From a candidate division TM6 bacterium GW2011_GWF2_28_16 (lineage in GTDB: Bacteria > Patescibacteriota > Microgenomatia > UBA1400 > PJMF01): 64,000 nt of DNA. The notes under the pieces are model-generated. The model was not told the origin of the DNA. It was given only the letters and a program-made list of their open reading frames with translations, and made no database searches. This document shows positions 1 to 9,773 of this stretch, in pieces (within the stretch, counting starts at the first letter, position 1; each line of letters starts with the position of its first letter). The DNA is taken from positions 530,173 to 594,172 of the forward strand of contig CP011212.1 in assembly GCA_001029715.1 (NCBI GenBank), in the 5' to 3' direction. Made by a program: the position numbers and the translations under genes.

Positions 1-389
1 TTGGCGTCAATCGCCTGTTCTTAATGGTGCTTTGTGATGCTTATCAAAAAGACGAAACTAAAAATCGCCTAGTGCTTAAATTAGATCAGAAATTAGCTCC
101 TTACCAGTTGGCAGTTTTCCCTTTACTTAAGAATAAGGAAGAACTTGTTAAAAAAGCTAGAGAAATTTTTGAACAACTCGGCAAAAAATATCGTGTTTCT
201 TGGGATGAGCGTGGCAATATCGGCAAACGCTATCTTTCTCAGGATGAATTGGGGACACCTTATTGTCTAACTATTGATTTTGAAACTTTAGAAGACGATA
301 GCATTACTGTTCGTCAGCGAGACAATGCCTCACAAGAGAGAATTAAATTAAAGGATCTTGAAAAATATTTAACAGATATGTTAGCCTAA
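1..389 (+). CDS. glyQS: Glycine--tRNA ligase (alpha2/GRS1 type), C-terminal part, 5'-truncated by window
   Basis: Motif 3 GVNRLFL then anticodon-binding domain (APYQLAVFPL, GNIGKRY..QDELGTPYCLTIDFET). Confidence 0.93.
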   Translation, partial: GVNRLFLMVLCDAYQKDETKNRLVLKLDQKLAPYQLAVFPLLKNKEELVKKAREIFEQLGKKYRVSWDERGNIGKRYLSQDELGTPYCLTIDFETLEDDSITVRQRDNASQERIKLKDLEKYLTDMLA

Positions 390-394
390 AGCTT

Positions 395-1204
395 ATGCAG
401 AAAAATCTAAAAAAGAAACTTCTCATTATTTTACCAATTGTTTTATTGTTGATCGTTGGAGCCGTGGCCATCATTAATAAAAACAAAAAAACTACTGAAC
501 AACCAGCACAAGTCAGCACCAAAAAGAAAATCTCTAGTCCCGTCAACGTCATTGCTGTTTCAGAGCGACCTTACATGCGCTTAGAACCAAATGCCAATGG
601 TCATTACATTACTATTGTCATTGAAGAAGTCAAAAAAACTGCCAAAGAGCTAAATTATGAAATGGAATATCAAACTGGCTCAATGTTGCAGGGTTTTGGT
701 GGCTTAATCAGTTTGGGTAAATTACCAATTTCTGAAAAAAAACTTTTTGGATCTCAATCAGCTGGGGGAGCTATTACTTATCATGAAGATATTAAGGGTG
801 GCAACTTCTTGGCTGAATTTAGTGGCAGCGAAAGTTATGCCGTCAAATCAGCTTGGCGTTATTTCCAAAATAATCTCAAAGCAACTGAATTTACTTCTCA
901 AGATACTAAATTCACCATCAGTAATGCTAGCCTAGCTAACTACTCTTACGTGATTATCTACAATTCACCCGGCTATCCTGGAGAATTAAAGTCTGAACTA
1001 TTATCAGATCCTTATGTGGTCACTGCCGAAAAATCTCTAAAGACTATTAGCAGTAATTTTACTGTTAGCTTCCGCTCTAGCGAAGCTGGACAAATTATGG
1101 GCTATGACGGTTCCAAGTGGCAAAAAATGGACAGTACTCATGAAGATGGCATAGTTAAAGCCAGCGGAGCATTGATGGACGTTTACGTCTTAACCAAAAG
1201 CTAA
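395..1204 (+). CDS. Hypothetical membrane-anchored protein
   Basis: 269-aa ORF with basic N-terminus, one hydrophobic helix and a beta-rich soluble domain. Confidence 0.75.
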   Translation: MQKNLKKKLLIILPIVLLLIVGAVAIINKNKKTTEQPAQVSTKKKISSPVNVIAVSERPYMRLEPNANGHYITIVIEEVKKTAKELNYEMEYQTGSMLQGFGGLISLGKLPISEKKLFGSQSAGGAITYHEDIKGGNFLAEFSGSESYAVKSAWRYFQNNLKATEFTSQDTKFTISNASLANYSYVIIYNSPGYPGELKSELLSDPYVVTAEKSLKTISSNFTVSFRSSEAGQIMGYDGSKWQKMDSTHEDGIVKASGALMDVYVLTKS

Positions 1205-1206
1205 AC

Positions 1207-1236
1207 TTAGCAGTCAATCATTGACTCTGCTAATTT
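1207..1236 (+). terminator. Hairpin after hypothetical gene, possible terminator
   Basis: TTAGCAG-TCAAT/ATTGA-CT-CTGCTAA inverted repeat directly after stop; short T tail. Confidence 0.4.
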
Positions 1237-1420
1237 CACTCCTGATTTTTTTAGATTGATATATCAAGATCTATTTTGATCTATTTTGATATTGTCAAGA
1301 AGATGAGAAAAGATTATTTGTTTTCCCTTACTTATTTAAAACTATAGGCTTTTATTTTTTCTATTTAGAACTAAAACCAAACTGCCTGTTTACAAGAGCT
1401 TTTTTCTTTTATAAACTTGA

Positions 1421-1455
1421 TTGTGGTAATAAATGGTAGATAGGCTTAATAAGAT
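1421..1455 (+). promoter_or_regulatory. mraZ promoter with probable MraZ boxes
   Basis: TGGTA at 1424 and 1434 (10-bp spacing); -10-like TAAGAT at 1450-1455. Confidence 0.5.
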
Positions 1456-1462
1456 TAACAAA

Positions 1463-1888
1463 ATGCTAATTGGAAAATATTATCATCATTTGGAAGACAA
1501 AGGACGTTTATCTTTGCCAGCCAAATTTCGAGAAATTAGCAAAGACTGGATTGTGACTAGAGGTTTGGATGGCTGCCTATTTTTATTACAAGAGAGCAAC
1601 TTTAAAAAAGAACTAGAAAAAATTGCTCAAAGCTCTTTTACAAGAAAAGCTAACCGCGATTTGGTCAGATTAATGACCAATGAGGCTATGGAAGTTAGGA
1701 CTGACGAAAACGGTCGAGTAAATCTGCCCGATTACTTGATTAATTTTGCGCACTTAGAAAAAAATGTAGTTGTTGTCGGCAGTCTCAATCATTTAGAGAT
1801 TTGGGATCAAAACAAATATCACGCCTATATTGATCAGATTGAAGATCAGGCCGAAACAATTGCTGAATCGATTAAAGAAAATGATTAA
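1463..1888 (+). CDS. mraZ: Division/cell wall cluster transcriptional repressor MraZ
   Basis: Two DxxGR motifs (DKGRLSLPAKFR, DENGRVNLP), TRGLDGCL; upstream of rsmH. Confidence 0.96.
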   Translation: MLIGKYYHHLEDKGRLSLPAKFREISKDWIVTRGLDGCLFLLQESNFKKELEKIAQSSFTRKANRDLVRLMTNEAMEVRTDENGRVNLPDYLINFAHLEKNVVVVGSLNHLEIWDQNKYHAYIDQIEDQAETIAESIKEND

Positions 1889-2801
1889 AAACAGTCAAGA
1901 ACACCAAGCCGTCTTAGTGAAAGAAGTGATTGAAGCTCTCAATCCACAAAAAGATCACTATTACATTGATGCCACTTTTGGCAGAGGTGGACATAGCAGA
2001 GAAATTTTGAAGAGAGGCGCCAAAGTCATTGCTTTTGATTTCGATCAGCAAAGTATCGAAAGAGCTAAAGAGCTTTTTAGTAAAGAGATTGACAGTCAAC
2101 AACTTATTTTGCTTAGAGAAAACTTTAACAAAATGAAGTCCAGCCTGTCGAACCTTAAAAAAAGTTTAAACCTAGAAATCAGTGGCATTCTTTTTGATTT
2201 TGGCACTTCTACCGATCAACTCATGTCTAAGGATAGAGGCTTCAGCTTTGAAGCCCATGATGAAATTCTCGACATGCGCATGGATGATCGCTTAGGAGTT
2301 AAAGCCTGCGATCTGCTTAAATTGCTCGATGAAAAGCAATTAGGCAAAATGCTTTTTGAATATGGTGGGGAAAATGATGCTAGAGCAATTGCTAAGAAAG
2401 TCGTCGCTCTGCGCAAAAAAGATCCCAATAGTCTCGACAAAGTTGGCACTTTAGTCGACATCATTGAAGAAGTCAAAGGCCGAGGTCAAAGACAAAAACT
2501 TCACGTCGCCACTAAAACCTTTCAGGCCCTACGCATTATCGTCAACGATGAATTGACTAATATCGAAGAAGCCTTGCCAATGGCTTTGGAGATTTTAAGA
2601 GAGAGTAAAGCAATTGATAAAAAAATTGTCAGCATCGCTTTCCATGAAGGAGAAGATCGTTTGGTTAAAACTTTTTTTAAAGATATTGAGGCAAAAAACC
2701 TCGGCAAAATTATTAACAAGAAACCTATTCAAGCTTCCGAGCAAGAGATTCTAGAAAATCCTCGCTCCAGAAGTGCCAAGCTTAGAGTCTTGGCTGTTTA
2801 A
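1881..2801 (+). CDS. rsmH: 16S rRNA m4C1402 methyltransferase RsmH
   Basis: IDATFGRGGHS, RGFSF, LDMRMD, TFQALRI, NPRSRSAKLR. Confidence 0.97.
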   Translation: MIKNSQEHQAVLVKEVIEALNPQKDHYYIDATFGRGGHSREILKRGAKVIAFDFDQQSIERAKELFSKEIDSQQLILLRENFNKMKSSLSNLKKSLNLEISGILFDFGTSTDQLMSKDRGFSFEAHDEILDMRMDDRLGVKACDLLKLLDEKQLGKMLFEYGGENDARAIAKKVVALRKKDPNSLDKVGTLVDIIEEVKGRGQRQKLHVATKTFQALRIIVNDELTNIEEALPMALEILRESKAIDKKIVSIAFHEGEDRLVKTFFKDIEAKNLGKIINKKPIQASEQEILENPRSRSAKLRVLAV

Positions 2802-2807
2802 GAAAAA

Positions 2808-3092
2808 ATGAAAAAAAACCTAACAACTTACTACGGATTACTAATCGCTGCAGTTTTGGCACAAACCATCATTACTGTTTTTAGTCTGAGTCAAAATATT
2901 GGCTATGGCCAAAAAATTAGCTTTTTGGAAAATAAAAGCAACACTCTCCAAATTCAGACTAACCAGCTTAGAACTGAATTAGCCCAAAAAAGTGCCATCA
3001 GAGAACTAGAGCAAAGAGAAAGTAACGATTTTATCGCTATCTCAGAAATTAGTTTAATTAATAGAGATTCTTCAAGCCTAGCACTTAAATAA
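2808..3092 (+). CDS. Probable FtsL-like bitopic division protein
   Basis: 94 aa, single TM plus coiled coil, located between rsmH and ftsI. Confidence 0.6.
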   Translation: MKKNLTTYYGLLIAAVLAQTIITVFSLSQNIGYGQKISFLENKSNTLQIQTNQLRTELAQKSAIRELEQRESNDFIAISEISLINRDSSSLALK

Positions 3093-3113
3093 GAGTGTTC
3101 TGGACAAACATTA

Positions 3114-4940
3114 ATGCGAGAACAAGAACCAGAAATCAATCACTCTCGAAAAAATATCTTTTTTCTGTTTTTCTATTTAATTTTAGCTGTAGTAGCAATC
3201 AGATTATTTTACTGGCAAATTATCATGGGCAAACAACTCAAAGAGGAGGGTGAGTCTCAAACTTTACGTAAATTAGAGAATAAAGGCTTAAGAGGACAAA
3301 TCTTTACCAACGATGATTATCTTCTTGTAGGAAATCAGCGCGTCTATGATCTTAAATTAGATAAGAAAAATTTTGAAGGTGACTCAAGTTATTTGGCTCA
3401 CAAATTGGCAGAGATTGCTGTTGAAGATAATTGGCAATATCAAGATGCTCTTGAATCTCAACAAAAAGAAAACTTGGCAAATGCAACTAGTGCTGCCCAA
3501 TTAAGCAACGTTGACATTAAAGCTATTAAAACAGAGCTTGAAAAGGAAATTGAGACAGAAATTTTAGGGAAGTTTGAGAGCAGAGGCAACTGGCCAAAAT
3601 TAGCAGATAATCTAAGTAAAGAAAGCAGGGAAAAAATTGAAACCCTCAATAATCCTTATTTATTCTTTGATGAAGATTATCAACGCTTCTATCCAGAAGC
3701 CTCTATGGCTGCCCACTTAACTGGTTTTGTAGGTCGCGATGAAAATGCTAATGAGATTGGTCGTTATGGGATTGAAGGAGCTCTTGAAGATGAGTTGAAG
3801 GCAAGATCTGAAAAAAATCTCTTTAAAATGGATGCACTTGGTTTTCTTCTTGCTGGACAAAAATATGAAAGCGAAAATCTCGATGGTCGTGATATTACTC
3901 TGACTATTCGCCGTGACGTCCAAAATTTAGCCGAACAAAGTCTTGAATGGGGAATTGAACACTATGAGGCAGACAGAGGTGAAGTTATTATTCTTGATAG
4001 TAAAACTGGCAAAATTCTAGCCCTAGCAGCTTGGCCCAGCTATAAACAATGGCAATATTTTAAATATTCTGGTGAAGTTCTCAAAAATCCTAGTTTAACT
4101 CGCCTTTATGAACCAGGCTCAACTTTTAAAACTTTAACTATCTCAGCTGGTATTGACAGCGGAGTCATTACTAAAGACACTACTTGCACAAAATGCTCTG
4201 GTCCACGACAAATAGCTGGCTATTCCATTAGAACTTGGAATGATGTTTATAATCCCAACATTTCAATGGTTGATGGCTACGCTAAGTCTGACAACACAGC
4301 GATGATTTTTATTAGTGACTTATTAGGAACCGATCGTCTGGTTGATTACCTTAAAAAATTTGGAATTGGCCGCAACATTGATATTGATCTACAAGATGAC
4401 ACACGAACTCCTTTTCCTCAAAAAATTGGCCCAGTGGAAACTGCCACAATTTCCTTTGGACAAGGAATTAGCACAAACAGTTTAGAATTACTTCGTGCTG
4501 TCAACACCGTCGCTAATCAAGGAAAAATGCTCGAACCAATTATTGTGGAAAAAGTTTTTGACAAGCAAAATCAAAAAGAAATTGCTTCGCAAATCAAAGA
4601 AGGTGAACAAGTTATTTCTAAAGAGTCTGCCAAAACTGTGACAGAGATGATGATCGAAGCTGCTCTCCATGGCGAGGCTCAATGGATTGCTTCTGATAAA
4701 TACACCGTTGCCGCTAAAACAGGTACCTCACAAGTTCCAGATCCAAATGGTGGTTATAAAGAAGACGAAACTATTGCTAGTTTTATTGGTTTTGCTCCTG
4801 CCAGCAATCCTCGTTTTACTATGTTGGTAAAACTAGAAAATACTAAATCCAGTCCTTGGGCAGCTGAAACAGCCGCACCACTTTGGTACAAAGTCGCTGA
4901 TAAGTTGATGATTCTACTGAACATTACCCCAGATAAATAA
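3114..4940 (+). CDS. ftsI: Class B penicillin-binding protein (FtsI/PBP2 family)
   Basis: N-terminal TM; YEPGSTFK (SxxK), SDN (SxN), KTGT motifs. Confidence 0.92.
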   Translation: MREQEPEINHSRKNIFFLFFYLILAVVAIRLFYWQIIMGKQLKEEGESQTLRKLENKGLRGQIFTNDDYLLVGNQRVYDLKLDKKNFEGDSSYLAHKLAEIAVEDNWQYQDALESQQKENLANATSAAQLSNVDIKAIKTELEKEIETEILGKFESRGNWPKLADNLSKESREKIETLNNPYLFFDEDYQRFYPEASMAAHLTGFVGRDENANEIGRYGIEGALEDELKARSEKNLFKMDALGFLLAGQKYESENLDGRDITLTIRRDVQNLAEQSLEWGIEHYEADRGEVIILDSKTGKILALAAWPSYKQWQYFKYSGEVLKNPSLTRLYEPGSTFKTLTISAGIDSGVITKDTTCTKCSGPRQIAGYSIRTWNDVYNPNISMVDGYAKSDNTAMIFISDLLGTDRLVDYLKKFGIGRNIDIDLQDDTRTPFPQKIGPVETATISFGQGISTNSLELLRAVNTVANQGKMLEPIIVEKVFDKQNQKEIASQIKEGEQVISKESAKTVTEMMIEAALHGEAQWIASDKYTVAAKTGTSQVPDPNGGYKEDETIASFIGFAPASNPRFTMLVKLENTKSSPWAAETAAPLWYKVADKLMILLNITPDK

Positions 4941-4944
4941 TCTT

Positions 4945-5769
4945 TTATTTTTCGGCAATTTTCATTAATCTTTGCAAGTCTTCTTGAGTTTTATCTGGAG
5001 GTCCATTGAGAGTAATGGTTACTTTGGTTTGTTTACGGGAGCGAATCACCTTGAGCGTAGATTTGTTTTTGAAATATTCCTGCAACTTGTTTTCCCAAAC
5101 CGCCACCTGTTGTTCATCTTGATTAAGTGGACGACCGCGACCCTCATCTTTTTTACTAGTAGTCAGCTCATTATTTTTGAAACGTCTAACCAACTCCTCT
5201 GTACGACGCACAGAAGCAGTTTCTTTAAGCACTATCTTGTAGCAAGCAATCATCATTTCTTGTGAAGAAATACTAGCCAAAGCTCGAGCATGACCTTCAC
5301 TAATTTGCCCACTAAGTAAGCCGTCACTAACTGCATCTGGCAGACTCAATAGCTTAAGACTGTTGCTAATATAGGCTGGAGATTTACCAATTCTTTTAGC
5401 TACTTCGCTAGTTTGCAAATTAAATTCTCTTTGCAAACGTTGAAAAGATTGAGCTCGCTCAATTGGATTGAGATCGTAGCGCTGGACATTTTCAACGATA
5501 GCCATCTCTAACATACCCTGAGGACTCGTTTTTTTGATAAAAACCGGCACTTCTTCTAACCCAAGAGTCTTAGCTGCTCGCCAACGTCGCTCTCCTGCAA
5601 TAATCTGATAACCAGCTGGAGTTTCTGCAACAACTAGTGGCTCCAAAACACCATGAATACGAATTGATTCTACCAACTCTTCAATATCTTCTTTCTTAAC
5701 TTTGTCTCGAGGTTGAAACGGATTTGGCTGTAAATAATTGACGGCGAGTTTTTGTACATTTTGTGTCAT
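4945..5769 (-). CDS. parB: ParB/Spo0J partition protein
   Basis: PNPFQPR, IIAGERRWRAA, ENVQRYDL, HTH, GHARAL. Confidence 0.95.
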   Translation of the reverse strand: MTQNVQKLAVNYLQPNPFQPRDKVKKEDIEELVESIRIHGVLEPLVVAETPAGYQIIAGERRWRAAKTLGLEEVPVFIKKTSPQGMLEMAIVENVQRYDLNPIERAQSFQRLQREFNLQTSEVAKRIGKSPAYISNSLKLLSLPDAVSDGLLSGQISEGHARALASISSQEMMIACYKIVLKETASVRRTEELVRRFKNNELTTSKKDEGRGRPLNQDEQQVAVWENKLQEYFKNKSTLKVIRSRKQTKVTITLNGPPDKTQEDLQRLMKIAEK

Positions 5770-5850
5770 GCTTTATATATAACACAATAGATCAAAATTT
5801 TCACAAGGAAATTTTCACAGACATTATTTATTATTAATTTTTATAGAAAT

Positions 5851-5879
5851 TTGACACGAACAATTTTCTTTGCTAATAT
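5851..5879 (+). promoter_or_regulatory. Sigma70 promoter of trpL-trpB-trpS
   Basis: TTGACA (5851-56), 17 bp, TGcTAATAT (-10 at 5874-79). Confidence 0.85.
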
Positions 5880-5887
5880 GCTCGTCA

Positions 5888-5947
5888 ATGCGATTAACTT
5901 TAATGCAAATTAGCTTCAACTGGTGGACTACCTCTCTTTGGCGGTAG
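5888..5947 (+). CDS. trpL: Trp attenuator leader peptide MRLTLMQISFNWWTTSLWR (alternative start 5903)
   Basis: Tandem TGG TGG at 5921-26 plus a third Trp codon, followed by mutually exclusive hairpins and a terminator, upstream of trpB. Confidence 0.88.
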   Translation: MRLTLMQISFNWWTTSLWR

Positions 5948-5975
5948 TTCTTTCTATATTTAAATTGATTAAGAC

Positions 5976-5998
5976 ACCGCCAAACAGGCGGTTTTTTT
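5976..5998 (+). terminator. Attenuator terminator
   Basis: ACCGCC-AAACA-GGCGGT-TTTTTT; 5' arm can alternatively pair with TTTGGCGGT (5937-45). Confidence 0.9.
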
Positions 5999-6097
5999 AT
6001 GACCGAGCTTTGCGAGGGAATGTCCGAAGTGTAGACGGAGGACGAACTCCTCCACAAAAAATAAATTATCAAGTATTAAGAAAAATTAAAAAATTAT

Positions 6098-7321
6098 ATG
6101 AAAAAAATAAAATTACAAAAAAAACATTATCAAAATTTACCAAATAAAGCAGGTTTCTTTGGTGAATACGGTGGACAATTTGTGCCACCACAATTAAAAA
6201 AAGCACTGGAAGAAGTGACGGCTGCTTACGAAATAGCAAAAAGAGATCCTGATTTTCAAAAAGAATATCAGACTCTTTTGACAGACTACGTCGGTCGTCC
6301 ATCGCCACTTTTCTTTGCCAAAAATCTAACTGAAAAGTTAGGTGGAGCTAAGATTTATCTAAAGAGAGAAGATCTTAATCACACTGGTGCACACAAAATT
6401 AATCACTGTTTAGGCGAAGCACTTTTGGCTAAAAAAATGGGCAAGAAAAAACTCATTGCTGAAACTGGCGCTGGTCAGCACGGCGTAGCTTTGGCTACTG
6501 CCGCTACGCTCATGGGGTTAGAATGCGAGATTCACATGGGTGAAATTGATGTCGTTAAACAATATCCAAATGTTTTACGCATGCAATTACTTGGTGCCAA
6601 AGTGATTACAGTAAAAAGTGGCGGCAGATGTCTTAAAGACGCGGTCGACAGTGCTTTTGCTGCCTATCTGAATGATTATAAAAACACTTTCTTTGGGATT
6701 GGTTCAATAGTTGGTCCGCATCCATATCCAATGATGGTCAGAGATTTTCAATCAGTGGTAGGAAAGGAAGCTCATAAACAAATTTTGCTTAAAGAAAATA
6801 AACTACCAGATTATTTGGTGGCCTGTGTTGGCGGTGGTTCTAATGCCATGGGTTTATTCCACGCTTTTTTAAATGATAAACAAGTACAAATGATTGGTGT
6901 TGAACCAGCTGGCAAAAGCTTTAAGCCAGGTGATCATGCTGCAACTTTAACATTGGGCAAACCAGGCACTTTGCACGGCATGTTCACTTATTTACTACAA
7001 GATAAAAAAGGAAAACCATCGAGGGTTCATTCCATTGCTTCTGGCCTAGATTATCCTGGAGTTGGACCACAGCACGCTTATTTAAAAGATCAAACCAGAG
7101 CAAAATATGTTACTATTAATGATAAAGAAGCCTTGGAAGCCTTTTTGTTTTTAAGTAAAATCGAAGGCATTATTCCGGCTTTAGAAAGTGCTCATGCCAT
7201 TGCTTATGCCATGAAATTAGCACCGACTTTGGCTAAAAATAAGGTCATCCTTGTCAATCTCTCTGGCCGCGGAGATAAAGACCTCGATTACGTTGGCAAG
7301 TTATTAAAAATTAATGAATAA
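6098..7321 (+). CDS. trpB: Tryptophan synthase beta chain (TrpB1 type)
   Basis: [15 protein letters not shown] (PLP Lys), [36 protein letters not shown]. Confidence 0.98.
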   Translation: MKKIKLQKKHYQNLPNKAGFFGEYGGQFVPPQLKKALEEVTAAYEIAKRDPDFQKEYQTLLTDYVGRPSPLFFAKNLTEKLGGAKIYLKREDLNHTGAHKINHCLGEALLAKKMGKKKLIAETGAGQHGVALATAATLMGLECEIHMGEIDVVKQYPNVLRMQLLGAKVITVKSGGRCLKDAVDSAFAAYLNDYKNTFFGIGSIVGPHPYPMMVRDFQSVVGKEAHKQILLKENKLPDYLVACVGGGSNAMGLFHAFLNDKQVQMIGVEPAGKSFKPGDHAATLTLGKPGTLHGMFTYLLQDKKGKPSRVHSIASGLDYPGVGPQHAYLKDQTRAKYVTINDKEALEAFLFLSKIEGIIPALESAHAIAYAMKLAPTLAKNKVILVNLSGRGDKDLDYVGKLLKINE

Positions 7322-7342
7322 TAAAAATAAATAGGAAAAATT

Positions 7343-8311
7343 ATGAAAAAAAACATTTTAACTGGTGATCGTCCCACTGGCCAACTACACATTGGTCATT
7401 ATTGCGGTGCTCTTAAAAATCGTGTTGCTTTGCAAGACGAATACAACACCTACGTGATGATTGCTGATGTCCAAGCTTTGACTGACAATTTTAATGACCC
7501 AGAAAAAGTTAGAAAAAATGTCTTTGAAGTCGCAAAGGATAATCTGGCTGTTGGTATTGATCCTCAAAAAACCACCATTTTTATTCAATCAATGGTTCCA
7601 GAAATTGCGGAGCTGACAATTTTTTTCTCTAATTTGGTTACCATTAATCGACTTAAAAGAAACCCTACTGTTAAAGATGAAATTAAACAAAAACATGCCT
7701 TATTTAAGGATGATGTTACTTTCGGTTTCTTAGGTTATCCAGTCAGCCAAGCAGCAGATATTACTGCTTTTCAAGCTGATCTGGTTCCAGTGGGCGAGGA
7801 TCAATTGCCTATGATTGAGCAAACCAGAGAGATTGTTCGTAAATTTAACAGTATCTATGGAGAAACGCTTAAGGAACCACGAGCTAAAGTCGGAGATGTT
7901 CCAAGAGTCTTGGGTATGGATGGTCGTAAAATGAGTAAAAGTCTAGACAATTCGATCACTTTTACTGATTCGGATGAGGAAATTAGAAATAAAATCAAAG
8001 GAGCCTTAACCAATGAAGTCGGAGCCAAGAATCTACTTAGTCTTCTGGAACAATTCTCAGATGAGCAAAAGATGGTCGAGAAATTTAATCAAGAATTTAA
8101 AGAGGGAACTATTAAGTACTCAGAGCTAAAACCTTTCTTGGCGCAAGCAATTATAGAAAAACTCAAGCCAATTCAAGAAAAAAGAGCTTACTATGACCAA
8201 AATCCAAAGATAGTTGAGGAAATACTTATTGAAGGCACAAAAAAAGCAAGAATGATTGCTAAAGAAACCTTAGCTAAAGTCAAAGAGAAAATGTTTATTA
8301 ATTATTTTTAG
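7343..8311 (+). CDS. trpS: Tryptophan--tRNA ligase
   Basis: TGDRPTGQLHIGH, YPVSQAADI, VPVGEDQ, KMSKS. Confidence 0.97.
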   Translation: MKKNILTGDRPTGQLHIGHYCGALKNRVALQDEYNTYVMIADVQALTDNFNDPEKVRKNVFEVAKDNLAVGIDPQKTTIFIQSMVPEIAELTIFFSNLVTINRLKRNPTVKDEIKQKHALFKDDVTFGFLGYPVSQAADITAFQADLVPVGEDQLPMIEQTREIVRKFNSIYGETLKEPRAKVGDVPRVLGMDGRKMSKSLDNSITFTDSDEEIRNKIKGALTNEVGAKNLLSLLEQFSDEQKMVEKFNQEFKEGTIKYSELKPFLAQAIIEKLKPIQEKRAYYDQNPKIVEEILIEGTKKARMIAKETLAKVKEKMFINYF

Positions 8312-8318
8312 AAAATAA

Positions 8319-8576
8319 TTAAGCTTTAACTACATTGACAACAGTTTTGCCAAATTTTTTGCTGAATTTGACTACGCCGTCGATCATGGAAAAAACTGTC
8401 CAATCGTGACCAAATTTGACACCCTTGCCAACTTTGTATTTAGCGCCTTTTTGGCGAACAATAATCTGACCAATAGTAATTTTTTCACCAGCAAATTTCT
8501 TTACGCCAAAACGTTTACCGTGACGTGCGCCTTGCTTGTGTTGATTAACGCTACCTGAACCTTTAACGTGTGCCAT
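8319..8576 (-). CDS. rpmA: 50S ribosomal protein L27
   Basis: MAHVKGSGS...GKRFGVK, IIVRQKG. Confidence 0.96.
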   Translation of the reverse strand: MAHVKGSGSVNQHKQGARHGKRFGVKKFAGEKITIGQIIVRQKGAKYKVGKGVKFGHDWTVFSMIDGVVKFSKKFGKTVVNVVKA

Positions 8577-8596
8577 ATATCCTTTTTCTGTAAATA

Positions 8597-9748
8597 CTAA
8601 ATTTGACGATCGAAGCTGAACAAACAAATCTGTCTAGCAACTCTTGCTCCTTCTCGAGCATAGATGACCGGATCGACCAAAAGATTGTATCCTTTTGCCT
8701 TTAATTTGTCAATTAAACTATCAAGTGAGTAAATTCTTTTATCAGTTTGCACTCTTGGGAAAACAATTGCCACAATGGCACCATTATTTAAAACATTGCT
8801 AAAAGATTTAAATGAACCTAGATACATTTTTTCTAGACCTTTGAAAACATTGGCTAGTTCTATATCTTTAGGAGTTTGTTTGCCTAAGAAAGGCTCTGTG
8901 ACTAGAAGGTCAATCTTGCTAGTAAATTCTTCTGGATTAATGTGACTTGCATCCATGTAAAAAACTTTACTACTTATATTAATTTCGTATTCTTTTTTAA
9001 ACCATTCCAAGTTATCTCGAGTACCAAAAACAGCTTGCTGATCGATATCTGAGCCATAAACATCAAGCTTTCTCATGCCTGCTTCAAGTAAAACGGTACC
9101 AGTTCCACAAAATGGATCATAGAGTAAAGGTTTGGCAGTATTTTTTTGTTGCCAGAGACCTAAAGCGATGTTGACCATCATGCGAGCCACTTTTGGAGGC
9201 AACATGCCTTTTTTACGATCTGCATAAGGCTTGGAACGATCGCGATTAGTCCAATCATCAATGTCTTGGACACCTCTGATTTGAGCCAATAAAAGTTTGC
9301 CGTCTTCAATTTGGTTAAAAGCTAAAAGCTCAGTGGCTTTGCTTTTGTGAGAAAGAAGTGCGCTTTCGCTAGGATTACTAGAGAAATAGCGAGCCTTCTT
9401 ACCATTTTCTTTAATTAAATCTTTGATATCAGCATTGCTAATTGAATGTTGTCCTTTACCAATTTGGGTAAAAGTAAAATATGGCTCTTCACTTTGAGAA
9501 AGTAATAAAGCAACTATTTCTTCAACTAAAGTAGTATCTTTGATATCACTGTCTAATTCTTTGATTACTTCAAATAACTTGACAGTTCCACCAAGGACCT
9601 CAATCATTTCACTAGCAAGAGTAGCTTCACTTTCGAACATGAAGAGATGCTCGTCTAATTGTTCTAAAGAACAATTTGGATAAGTGGCTTCAAACTCTAA
9701 CTTAGATAGAAGAGTCGTATTACCAAAAAGAATTAGGAATTTAGGCAT
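8597..9748 (-). CDS. SAM-dependent RNA methyltransferase (Trm11/TrmG10-like)
   Basis: GMLPPKVARMMVN, DPFCGTGTVLLEA, GSDID, VTEPFLG. Confidence 0.8.
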   Translation of the reverse strand: MPKFLILFGNTTLLSKLEFEATYPNCSLEQLDEHLFMFESEATLASEMIEVLGGTVKLFEVIKELDSDIKDTTLVEEIVALLLSQSEEPYFTFTQIGKGQHSISNADIKDLIKENGKKARYFSSNPSESALLSHKSKATELLAFNQIEDGKLLLAQIRGVQDIDDWTNRDRSKPYADRKKGMLPPKVARMMVNIALGLWQQKNTAKPLLYDPFCGTGTVLLEAGMRKLDVYGSDIDQQAVFGTRDNLEWFKKEYEINISSKVFYMDASHINPEEFTSKIDLLVTEPFLGKQTPKDIELANVFKGLEKMYLGSFKSFSNVLNNGAIVAIVFPRVQTDKRIYSLDSLIDKLKAKGYNLLVDPVIYAREGARVARQICLFSFDRQI

Positions 9749-9773
9749 AGCTGTGAAGCCAGTTTTTATCTGT

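Noticed and set aside
1268-1290. GATCTATTTT tandem repeat as oriC unwinding element or CRISPR
   Set aside because: Only two copies, no spacers, no DnaA-box cluster or cas genes.
5881-6097. T-box upstream of trpB; ORFs 5824-6072 and 5923-6147
   Set aside because: No UGGNACC antiterminator; the leader-peptide attenuator explains the region.
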